Shown in pieces: positions 1 through 13,450 of a stretch of 64,000 bases of DNA. How positions within the stretch are numbered: the first letter of the stretch is position 1; every line of letters starts with the position of its first letter. Both the position numbers and the translations under genes were made by a program. The notes below the pieces were generated by a model. It was not told the origin of the DNA. It searched no databases and saw only the letters and a list, made by a program, of their open reading frames with translations. Origin of the DNA: Eledone cirrhosa (Eukaryota); contig OZ024743.1 in NCBI GenBank assembly GCA_964016885.1, positions 207,080,001 through 207,144,000 on the forward strand, written 5' to 3'.

Positions 1-3000
1 TGATCCTTGGTACCAGATAAACACTGAAAGGAGCTCATCCCACTGGTCAGCTCCAGCATACTGATCCTTGGTACCACATATACACTGCTGGGAGCTCATC
101 CAACTGGTCAGCTCTGATACTGATCCTTGGTACCATATATACACTGAAGGGAGCTGATCCCACTGGTCAGCTCTGATACTGATCCTTGGTGCCATATATA
201 CACTGCAGGGAGCTCATCCCACTGGTCAGATCTGATACTGATCCTTGGCACCATATATACACTGAAAGGAGCCCATCCCACTGGTCAGCTCTGATACTGA
301 TCCTTGGTACCAGATAAACACTGAAATGAGCTCATCCCACTGGTCAGCTTCAGCATACTGATCCTTGGTACCATATATACACTGCTGGAAGCTCATCCCA
401 CTGGTCAGCTCTGATACTGATCCTTGGTACCATATATACGCTGAAGGGAGCTCATCCCACTGGTTAGCTCTGATACTGATCCTTGGTACCATATATACAC
501 TTAAGGGAGCTCATCTCACTGGTCAGCTCTGATACTGATCCTTGGTACCATATATACACTACTGGGAGCTCATCCCAATAGTCAGCTCCAGCATACTGAT
601 CCTTGTTACCATATATACACTGAAGGGAGCTCATCCCACAGGTCAGCTCTGATACTGATCCTTGGCACCATATATACACTGAAGGGAGCTCATCCCACTG
701 GTCAGCTCTGATACTGATCATTGGTACCAGATAAACACTGAAAGGAGCTCATCCCACTGGTCAGCTCCAGCATACTGATCCTTGGCTCCATATATTCACT
801 GCTAGGAGCTCATCCCACTGGTCAGCTCCAGCATACTGATCCTTGGTACCATATATACACTGCTGGGAGCTCATCCCACTGGTCAGCTCCAGCATACTGA
901 TCCTTGGTACCATATATACGCTACTGGGAGCTCATCCCACTGGTCAGCTCTGATACTGATACTGATACTTGGCACCATTATACACTGCTGGGAGCTCATC
1001 CCACTGGTCAGCTCCAGCATACTGATCCTTGGTACCATATATACACTGCAGGGAGCTCATCCTACTGGTCAGCTCTGATACTGATACTTGGTACCATATA
1101 TACACTGAAGGGAGCTCATCCCACTGGTCAGCTCTGATACTAATCCTTGGTAACATATATACACTGAAGGGAGCTCATCCCACTGGTCAGCTCCAGCATA
1201 CTGATCCTTGGTACCAGATAAACACTGAAGGGAGCTCATCCCACTGGTTAGCTCTGATACTGATCCTTGGTACCATATATACACTGAGGGAGCTCATCCC
1301 ACTGGTCAGCTCTGATACTGATCCTTGGTACCATATATACACTGAAGGGAGCTCATCCCACTGGTCAGCTCTGATACTGATCCTTGGTACCATATATACA
1401 CTGAAGGGAGCTCATCCCACTGGTCAGCTCTGATACTGATCCTTGGCACCATATATACACTGCTGGGAGCTCATCCCACTGGTCACCTCTGATACTGAAT
1501 CTTGGTACCATATATACACTGAAGGGAGCTCATCCCACAGGTCAGCTCTGATACTGATTCTTGGTATCATATATACACTGAAGGGAGCTCATCCCACAGG
1601 TCAGCTCCAGCATACTGATCCTTGGTACCATATGTACACTGAAGGGAGCTCATCCCACATGTCAGCTCTGATACTGATTCTTGGTACCATATATACACTG
1701 AAGGGAGATCATGCCACAGGTCAGCTCCAGCATACTGATCCTTGGTACCATATATACACTGAAGGGAGCTCATCCCACTGGTCAGCTCTGATACTGATTC
1801 TTGGTACCATATATACACTGCTGGGAGCTCATCTCACTGGTCAGCTCCAGCATACAGATCCTTGGTACCATATATACACTGCAGGGAGCTCATCCCACTG
1901 GTCAGCTCTGATACTGATTCTTGGTACCATATATACACTGAAGGGAGCTCATCCCACTTGTCAGCTCTGATACTAATCCTTGGAACCATATATACACTGC
2001 AGGGAGCTCATCCCACTGGTCAGCTCCAGCATACTGATCCTTGGTACCATATATACACTGCTGGGAGCTCATCCCACTGGTCAGCTCTGATACTGATTCT
2101 TAGTACCATATATACACTGCTGGGAGCTCATCCCACTGGTCAGCTCCAGCATACTGATCCTTGGTACCATATATACACTGCAGGGAGCTCATCCCACTGG
2201 TCAGCTCTGATACTGATCCTTGGTAACATATATACACTGCTGGGAGCTCATCCCACTGGTCAGCTCTGATACTGATCCTTGGTACCATATATACACTACT
2301 TGGAGCTCATCCCACTTGTCAGCTCTGATACTGATTCTTGGTACCATATATACACTGAAGGGAGCTCATCCCGCTGGCCAGCTCTGATACTGATCCTTGG
2401 TACCATATATACACTGCTGGGAGCTCATACAAATGGTCAGCTCTGATACTGATCCTTGTTACCATATATACACGGCAAGGAGCTCATCCCACTGGTCAGC
2501 TCTGATACTGATCCTTGGTACCATATATACACTGAAGGGAGCTCATCCCACTGGTCAGCTCTGATACTGATCCTTGGTACCATATATTCACTGAAGGGAG
2601 CTCATCCCACTGGTCAGCTCTGATACTGATCCTTGGCACCATATAAACACTGAAGGGAGCTCATCCCACAGGTCAGCTCTGATACTGATCCTTGGTACCA
2701 TATATACACTGAAGGGAGCTGATCCCACTGGTCAGCTCTGATACTGATCCTTGGTACCATATATACACTGCAGGGAGCTCATCCCACTGGTCAGATCTGA
2801 TACTGATCCTTGGCACCATATATACACTGAAAGGAGCCCATCCCACTGGTCAGCTCTGATACTGATCCTTGGTACCAGATAAACACTGAAATGAGCTCAT
2901 CCCACTGGTCAGCTTCAGCATACTGATCCTTGGTACCATATATACACTGCTGGAAGCTCATCCCACTGGTCAGCTCTGATACTGATCCTTGGTACCATAT

Positions 3001-6000
3001 ATACACTGAAGGGAGCTCATCCCACTGGTCAGCTCTGATACTGTTCCTTGGTACCATATATACACTTAAGGGATCTCATCTCACTGGTCAGCTCTGATAC
3101 TGATCCTTGGTACCATATATACAATACTGGGAGCTCATCCCACTGGTAAGCTCCAGCATACTGATCCTTGTTACCATATATACACTGAAGGGAGCTCATC
3201 CCACTGGTCAGCTCTGATACTGATCCTTGGTACCATATATACACTGCAGGGAGCTCATCCCACTGGTCAGCTCTGATACTGATCCTTGGCACCTTATATA
3301 CACTGAAGGGAGCTCATCCCACTGGTCAGCTCTGATACTGATCCTTGGTACCAAATAAACACTGAAAGGAGCTCATCCCACTGGTCAGCTCCAGCATACT
3401 GATCCTTGGTACCATATATACACTGCTGGGAGCTCATCCCACTGGTCAGCTCTGATACTGATCCTTGGTACCATATATACACTACTGGGAGCTCATCCCA
3501 CTGGTCAGCTCTGATACTGATCCTTGGTACCAGATAAACACTGAAAGGAGCTCATACCACTGCTCAGCTCCAGCATACTGATCCTTGGTACCATATATAC
3601 ACTGCTGGGAGCTCATCCCACTGGTCAGCTCTGATACTGATCCTTGGTACCATATATACACTGCTGGGAGCTCATCCCACTGGTCAGCTCTGATACTGAT
3701 CCTTGGTACCATATATACACTGCAGGGAGCTCATCCCACTGGTCAGCTCTGATACTGATTATTGGTACCATATATACACTACTGGGAGCTCATCCCACTG
3801 GTCAGCTCTGATACTGATCCTTGGTACCATATATACACTGCTGGGAGCTCATCCCACTGGTCAGCTCTGATACTGATCCTTGGTAACAAATATACACTGA
3901 AGGGAGCTCATCCCACTGGTCAGCTCTGATACTGATCCTTGGTACCACATAAAGACTGAAAGGAGCTCATCCCACTGGTCAGCTCCAGCATACTGATCCT
4001 TGGTACCATATATACACTGCTGGGAGCTCATCCCACTGGTCAGCTCTGATACTGATCCTTGGTACCATATATACACTGCAGGGAGCTCATCCCACTGGTC
4101 AGCTCTGATACTGATCCTTGGTACCATATATACGCTACTGGGAGCTCATCCCACTGGTCAGCTCCAGCATACAGATCCTTGGTACCATATATACACTGCT
4201 GGGAGCTCATCCCACTGGTCAGCTCCAGCATACTGTTCCTTGGTACCATATATACACTGCAAGGAGCTCAACCCACTGGTCAGCTCCAGCATACTGATCC
4301 TTGGCACCATATATTCACTGCTAGGAGCTCATCCCACTGGTCAGCTCCAGCATACTGATCCTTGGTACCATATATACACTGCTGGGAGCTCATCCCACTG
4401 GTCATCTCCAGCATACTGATCCTTGGTACCATATATACACTGCAGGGAGCTCATCCCACTGGTCAGCTCTGATACTGATCCTTGCTCCCATATATACACT
4501 GCTGGGAGCTTATCCCACTGGTCAGCTCTGATACTGATCCTTGGTACCATATATACACTGCAGGGAGCTCATCCCACTGGTCAGCTCTGATACTGATCCT
4601 TGGTACCATATATACACTGAAGGGAGCTCATCCCACTGGTCAGCTCTGATACTGATCCTTGGTACCATCTATACACTGAAGGGAGCTCATCCCACTGGTC
4701 AGCTCCAGCATACTGATCCTTGGTACCATATATACACTGCTGGGAGCTCATCCCACTGGTCAGCTCTGATACTGATCCTTGGTACCATATATACACTGCA
4801 GGGAGCTCATCCCACTGGTCAGCTCTGATACTGATCCTTGGTACCATATATACGCTACTGGGAGCTCATCCCACTGGTCAGCTCCAGCATACAGATCCTT
4901 GGTACCATATATACACTGCTGGGAGCTCATCCCACTGGTCAGCTCTGATACTGATCCTTGGTACCATATATACACTGCTGGGAGCTCATCCCACTGGTCA
5001 GCTCTGATACTGATCCTTGGTACCATATATACACTGCAGGGAGCTCATCCCACTGGTCAGCTCTGATACTGATGCTTGGCACCATATATACACTACTGGG
5101 ACCTCATCCCACTGGTCAGCTCTGATACTGATCCTTGGTACCAGATAAACACTGAAAGGAGCTCATCCCACTGGTCAGCTCCAGCATACTGATCCTTGGT
5201 ACCATATATACACTGCTGGGAGCTCATCCAACTGGTCAGCTCTGATACTGATCCTTGGTACCATATATACACTGAAGGGAGCTGATCCCACTGGTCAGCT
5301 CTGATACTGATCCTTGGTGCCATATATACACTGCAGGGAGCTCATCCCACTGGTCAGATCTGATACTGATCCTTGGCACCATATATACACTGAAAGGAGC
5401 CCATCCCACTGGTCAGCTCTGATACTGATCCTTGGTACCAGATAAACACTGAAATGAGCTCATCCCACTGGTCAGCTTCAGCATACTGATCCTTGGTACC
5501 ATATATACACTGCTGGAAGCTCATCCCACTGGTCAGCTCTGATACTGATCCTTGGTACCATATATACGCTGAAGGGAGCTCATCCCACTGGTTAGCTCTG
5601 ATACTGATCCTTGGTACCATATATACACTTAAGGGAGCTCATCTCACTGGTCAGCTCTGATACTGATCCTTGGTACCATATATACACTACTGGGAGCTCA
5701 TCCCACTAGTCAGCTCCAGCATACTGATCCTTGTTACCATATATACACTGAAGGGAGCTCATCCCACAGGTCAGCTCTGATACTGATCCTTGGTACCAGA
5801 TAAACACTGAAAGGAGCTCATCCCACTGGTCAGCCCAAGCATACTGATCCTTGGCACCATATATTCACTGCTAGGAGCTCATCCCACTGGTCAGCTCCAG
5901 CATACTGATCCTTGGTACCATATATACACTGCTGGGAGCTCATCCCACTGGTCAGCTCCAGCATACTGATCCTTGGTACCATATATACGCTACCGGGAGC

Positions 6001-7600
6001 TCATCCCACTGGTCAGCTCTGATACTGATACTGATACTTGGCACCATTATACACTGCTGGGAGCTCATCCCACTGGTCAGCTCCAGCATACTGATCCTTG
6101 GTACCATATATACACTGCAGGGAGCTCATCCCACTGGTCAGCTCTGATACTGATACTTGGTACCATATATACACTGAAGGGAGCTCATCCCACTGGTCAG
6201 CTCTGATACTAATCCTTGGTAACATATATACACTGAAGGGAGCTCATCCCACTGGTCAGCTCCAGCATACTGATCCTTGGTACCAGATAAACACTGAAGG
6301 GAGCTCATCCCACTGGTTAGCTCTGATACTGATCCTTGGTACCATATATACACTGAGGGAGCTCATCCCACTGGTCAGCTCTGATACTGATCCTTGGTAC
6401 CATATATACACTGAAGGGAGCTCATCCCACTGGTCAGCTCTGATACTGATCCTTGGCACCATATATACACTGCTGGGAGCTCATCCCACTGGTCAGCTCT
6501 GATACTGATCCTTGGTACCATATATACACTGCAGGGAGCTCATCCCACTGATCAGCTCTGATACTGATCCTTGGCACCATATATACACTGCTGGGAGCTC
6601 ATCCCACTGGTCACCTCTGATACTGATTCTTGGTACCATATATACACTGAAGGGAGCTCATCCCACAGGTCAGCTCTGATACTGATTCTTGGTATCATAT
6701 ATACACTGAAGGGAGCTCATCCCACAGGTCAGCTCCAGCATACTGATCCTTGGTACCATATGTACACTGAAGGGAGCTCATCCCACAGGTCAGCTCTGAT
6801 ACTGATTCTTGGTACCATATATACACTGAAGGGAGATCATGCCACAGGTCAGCTCCAGCATACTGATCCTTGGTACCATATATACACTGAAGGGAGCTCA
6901 TCCCACTGGTCAGCTCTGATACTGATTCTTGGTACCATATATACACTACTGGGAGCTCATCCCACTGGTCAGCTCCAGCATACTGATCCTTGGTACCATA
7001 TATACACTGCTGGGAGCTCATCCCACTGGTCAGCTCTGATACTGATTCTTAGTACCATATATACACTGCTGGGAGCTCATCCCACTGGTCAGCTCCAGCA
7101 TACTGATCCTTGGTACCATATATACACTGCAGGGAGCTCATCCCACTGGTCAGCTCTGATACTGATCCTTGGTAACATATATACACTGCTGGGAGCTCTT
7201 CCCACTGGTCAGCTCTGATACTGATCCTTGGTACCATATATACACTACTTGGAGCTCATCCCACTTGTCAGCTCTGATACTGAACCTTGGTACCATATAT
7301 ACACTGAAGGGAGCTCATCCCGCTGGCCAGCTCTGATACTGATCCTTGGTCCCATATATACACTGCTGGGAGCTCATCCAAATGGTCAGCTCTGATACTG
7401 ATCCTTGTTACCATATATACACGGCAAGGAGCTCATCCCACTGGTCAGCTCTGATACTGATCCTTGGTACCATATATACACTGAAGGGAGCTCATCCCAC
7501 TGGTCAGCTCTGATACTGATCCTTGGTACCATATATTCACTGAAGGGAGCTCATCCCACTGGGCAGCTCTGATACTGATCCTTGGCACCATATAAACACT
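1..7600 (+). repeat. Higher-order duplication with ~5.1-kb period and a partial ~2.56-kb sub-period
   Basis: A marker series (AGATCT, GAGCCCATC, GAAATGAG, AGCTTCAGC, CTGGAAGC, ACTTAAGG) starts at 228, 2793 and 5356 (offsets 2565 and 2563). The (TGATAC)x3 slip occurs at 951 and 6020. The pseudo-ORFs at 226 and 5354 translate identically (offset 5128). Confidence 0.85.
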
Positions 7601-10600
7601 GAAGGGAGCTCATCCCACTGGTTAGCTCTGATACTGATCCTTGGTACCATATATACACTGAAGGGAGCTCATCCCACAGGTCAGCTCTGATACTGATTCT
7701 TGGTATTATATATACACTGAAGGGAGCTCATCCCACAGGTCAGCTCAAAGCATACTGATCCTTGGTACCATATGTACACTGAAGGGAGCTCATCCAACAG
7801 GTCAGCTCTGATACTGATTCTTGGTACCATATATACACTGAAGGGAGATCATGCCACAGGTCAGCTCCACCATACTGATCCTTGGTACCATATATACACT
7901 GAAGGGAGCTCATCCCACTGGTCAGCTCTGATACTGATCCTTGGTACCATATATACACTGCAGGGAGCTCATCCCACTGGTCAGCTCCAGCATACTGATC
8001 CTTGGTACCATATATACACTGAAGGGAGCTCATCCCACAGTTCAGCTCTGATACTGATCCTTGGTACCATATATACACTGCTGGGAGCTCATCCCACTGG
8101 TCAGTTCCAGCATACTGATCCTTGGAACCATATATACACTGCAGGGAGCTCATCCCACTGGTCAGCTCCAGCATACTGATCCTTGGTACCAGAGAAACAC
8201 TGAAGGGAGCTCATGCCACTGGTCAGCTCTGATACTGATCCTTGCTACCATATATACACTGAAGGGAGCTCATCCCACTGGTCAGCTCTGATACTGATCC
8301 TTGGTACCATATATACACTGAATGGAGCCCATCCCACTGGCCAGCTCTGATACTGATCCTTGGTACCATATATACACTGATGGGAGCTCATACAAATGGT
8401 CAGCTCTGATACTGATCCTTGTTACCATATATACACTGCAGGGAGCCCATCCCACTGGTCAGCTCTGATACTGATCCTTGGTACCATATATACACTGCAG
8501 GGAACTCATCCCACTGGTCAGCTCTGATACTGATCCTTTTTACCATATATACACTGCTGGGAGCTCATCCCACTGGACAGCTCTGATACTGATTCTTAGT
8601 ACCATATATACACTGCTGGGAGCTCATCCCACTGTCAGCTCCAGCATACTGATCCTTGGTACCATATATACACTGCAGGGAGCTCATCCCACTGGTCAGC
8701 TCTGATACTGATCCTTGGTACCATATATACACTGCTGGGAGCTCATCCCACTGGTCAGCTCCAGCATACTGATCCTTGGTACCATATATACACTGCAGGG
8801 AGCTCATCCCACTGGTCAGCTCTGATACTGATTCTTAGTACCATATATACACTGCTGGGAGCTCATCCCACTGTCAGCTCCAGCATACTGATCCTTGGTA
8901 CCATATATACACTGCAGGGAGCTCATCCCACTGGTCAGCTCTGATACTTATTCTTGGTACCATATATACACTGAAGGGAGCTCATCCCACTGGTCAGCTC
9001 TGATACTGATTCTTGTTACCATATATACACTGAAGGGAGCTCATCCCAAAGGTCAGCTCCAGCATACTGATCCTTGGTACCATATATAAACTGAAGGGAG
9101 CTCATCCCACTGGTCAGCTCTGATACTGTTTCTTGGTACCATATATACACTGAAGGGAGCTCATCCCACTGGTCATCTCTGATACTGATTCTTGGTACCA
9201 TATATACACTGAAGGGAGCTCATCCCACAGGTCAGCTCTGATACTGATTCTTGGTACCATATGTACACTGAAGGGAGCTCATCCCACAGGTCAGCTCTGA
9301 TACTGATTCTTGGTACCATATATACACTGAAGGGAGATCATGCCACAGGTCAGCTCCAGCATACTGATCCTTGGTACCATATATACACTGAAGGGAGCTC
9401 ATCCCACTGGTCAGCTCTGATACTGATTCTTGGTACCATATATACACTACTGGGAGCTCATCCCACTGGTCAGCTCCAGCATACTGATCCTTGGTACCAT
9501 ATATACACTGCTGGGAGCTCATCCCACTGGTCAGCTCTGATACTGATTCTTAGTACCATATATACACTGCTGGGAGCTCATCCCACTGGTCAGCTCCAGC
9601 ATACTGATCCTTGGTACCATATATACACTGCAGGGAGCTCATCCCACTGGTCAGCTCTGATACTGATCCTTGGTAACATATATACACTGCTGGGAGCTCT
9701 TCCCACTGGTCAGCTCTGATACTGATCCTTGGTACCATATATACACTACTTGGAACTCATCCCACTTGTCAGCTCTGATACTGAACCTTGGTACCATATA
9801 TACACTGAAGGGAGCTCATCCCGCTGGCCAGCTCTGATACTGATCCTTGGTCCCATATATACACTGCTGGGAGCTCATCCAAATGGTCAGCTCTGATACT
9901 GATCCTTGTTACCATATATACACGGCAAGGAGCTCATCCCACTGGTCAGCTCTGATACTGATCCTTGGTACCATATATACACTGAAGGGAGCTCATCCCA
10001 CTGGTCAGCTCTGATACTGATCCTTGGTACCATATATTCACTGAAGGGAGCTCATCCCACTGGTCAGCTCTGATACTGATCCTTGGCACCATATAAACAC
10101 TGAAGGGAGCTCATCCCACTGGTTAGCTCTGATACTGATCCTTGGTACCATATATACACTGAAGGGAGCTCATCCCACAGGTCAGCTCTGATACTGATTC
10201 TTGGTATCATATATACACTGAAGGGAGCTCATCCCACAGGTCAGCTCAAAGCATACTGATCCTTGGTACCATATGTACACTGAAGGGAGCTCATCCAACA
10301 GGTCAGCTCTGATACTGATTCTTGGTACCATATATACACTGAAGGGAGATCATCCCACATGTCAGCTCCAGCATACTGATCCTTGGTACCATATATACAC
10401 TGAAGGGAGCTCATCCCACTGGTCAGCTCCGATACTGATTCTTGGTACCATATATACACTGCTGGGAGCTCATCTGACTGGTCAGCTCCAGCATACTGAT
10501 CCTTGGTACCATATATACACTGCAGGGAGCTTATCCCACTGGTCAGCTCTGATACTGATTCTTGGTACCATATATACACTGAAGGGAGCTCATCCCACAG

Positions 10601-13450
10601 GTCAGCTCTGATACTGATCCTTGGTACCATATATACACTGCAGGGAGCTCATCCCACTGATCAGCTCTGATACTGATCCTTGGCACCATATATACACTGC
10701 TGGGAGCTCATCCCACTGGTCACCTCTGATACTGATTCTTGGTACCATATATACACTGCAGGGAGCTCATCCCACTGGTAACCTCTGATACTGATTCTTG
10801 GTACCATATATACACTGAAGGGAGCTCATCCCACTGGTCAGCTCTGATACTGATCCTTGGTACCATATATACACTGCAGGGAGCTCATCCCACTGGTCAG
10901 CTCCAGCATACTGATCCTTGGTACCATATATACACTGAAGGGAGCTCATCCCACAGTTCAGCTCTGATACTGATCCTTGGTAACATATATACACTGCTGG
11001 GAGCTCATCTCACTGGTCAGCTCCAGCATACTGATCCTTGGTACCATATATAAACTGCAGGGAGCTCATCCCACTGGTCAGCTCTGATACTGATTCTTGG
11101 TACCATATATACACTGCAGGGAGCTCATCCCACTGGTCAGTTCCAGCATACTGATCCTTGGAACCATATATACACTGCAGGGAGCTCATCCCACTGGTCA
11201 GCTCCAGCATACTGATCCTTGGTACCAGAGAAACACTGAAGGGAGCTCATGCCACTGGTCAGCTCTGATACTGATCCTTGCTACCATATATACACTGAAG
11301 GGAGCTCATCCCACTGGTCAGCTCTGATACTGATCCTTGGTACCATATATACACTGAATGGAGCTCATCCCACTGGCCAGCTCTGATACTGATCCTTGGT
11401 ACCATATATACACTGATGGGAGCTCATACAAATGGTCAGCTCTGATACTGATCCTTGTTACCATATATACACTGCAGGGAGCCCATCCCACTGGTCAGCT
11501 CTGATACTGATCCTTGGTACCATATATACACTGCAGGGAACTCATCCCACTGGTCAGCTCTGATACTGATCCTTTTTACCATATATACACTGCTGGGAGC
11601 TCATCCCACTGGACAGCTCTGATACTGATTCTTAGTACCATATATACACTGCTGGGAGCTCATCCCACTGTCAGCTCCAGCATACTGATCCTTGGTACCA
11701 TATATACACTGCAGGGAGCTCATCCCACTGGTCAGCTCTGATACTTATTCTTGGTACCATATATACACTGAAGGGAGCTCATCCCACTGGTCAGCTCTGA
11801 TACTGATTCTTGTTACCATATATACACTGAAGGGAGCTCATCCCAAAGGTCAGCTCCAGCATACTGATCCTTGGTACCATATATAAACTGAAGGGAGCTC
11901 ATCCCACTTGTCAGCTCTGATACTGTTTCTTGGTACCATATATACACTGAAGGGAGCTCATCCCACTGGTCATCTCTGATACTGATTCTTGGTACCATAT
12001 ATACACTGAAGGGAGCTCATCCCACTGGTCAGCTCTGATATTAATCCTTGGTACCATATATGCACTGCAGGGAGCTCATCCCACTGGTCAGCTCCAGCAT
12101 ACTGATCCTTGGTACCATATATACACTGAAGGGAGCTCATCCCACTGGTCAGCTCCAGCATACTGATCCTTGGTACCATATATACACTGCAGGGAGCTCA
12201 TCCCACTGGTCAGCTCCAGCATACTGATCCTTGGTACCAGATAAACACTGAAGGGAGCTCATCCCACCGGTCTGCTCTGATACTGATCCTTGGTACCATA
12301 TATACACTGAAGGGAGCTCATCCCACTGGTCAGCTCTGATACTGATCCTTGGTACCATATATACACTGAAGGGAGCTCATCCCACTTGTCAGCTCTGATA
12401 CTAATCCTTGGAACCATATATACACTGCAGGGAGCTCATCCCACTGGTCACCTCTGATACTGATCCTTGGTACCATATATACACTACTGGGAGCTCATCC
12501 CACTGGTCACCTCTGATACTGATTCTTGGTACCATATATACACTGAAGGGAGCTCATCCCACAGGTCAGCTCTGATACTGATTCTTGGTACCATATATAC
12601 ACTGAAGGGAGCTCATCCCACTGGTCAGCTCTGATACTGATCCTTGGTACCATATATACACTGCAGGGAGCTCATCCCACTGGTCAGCTCCAGCATACTG
12701 ATCCTTGGTACCATATATACACTGAAGGGAGCTCATCCCACAGGTCAGCTCTGATACTGATCCTTGGTACCATATATACACTGCTGGGAGCTCATCCCAC
12801 TGGACAGCTCTGATACTGATTCTTAGTACCATATATACACTGCTGGGAGCTCATCCCACTGGTCAGTTCCAGCATACTGATCCTTGGTACCATATATACA
12901 GTGCAGGGAGCTCATCACACTGGTCAGCTCCATCATACTGATCCTTGGTACCAGAGAAACACTGAAGGGAGCTCATGCCACTGGTCAGCTCTGATACTGA
13001 TCCTTGGTACCATATATACACTGAAGGGAGCTCATCCCACTGGTCAGCTCTGATAATGATCCTTGGTACCATATATACACTGAATGGAGCTCATCCCACT
13101 GGCCAGCTCTGATACTGATCCTTGGTACCATATATACACTGATGGGAGCTCATACAAATGGTCAGCTCTGAAACTGATCCTTGGTACCATATATACACTG
13201 CAGGGAACTCATCCCACTGGTCAGCTCTGATACTGATCCTTGTTACCATATATACACTGCTGGGAGCTCATCCCACTGGACAGCTCTGATACTGATTCTT
13301 AGTACCATATATACACTGCTGGGAGCTCATCCCACTGGTCAGCTCCAGCATACTGATCCTTGGTACCATATATACACTGCAGGGAGCTCATCCCACTGGT
13401 CAGCTCTGATACTTATTCTTGGTACCATATATACACTGAAGGGAGCTCAT
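6700..13450 (+). repeat. Higher-order duplications with offsets 2501, 2797 and 3036 bp
   Basis: Matching pseudo-ORF pairs: 7049/9550 and 7740/10241 (2501); 8061/11097 and 8478/11514 (3036); 8895/11692 (2797). The marker AGAGAAAC occurs at 8191, 11227 and 12953. Confidence 0.8.
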
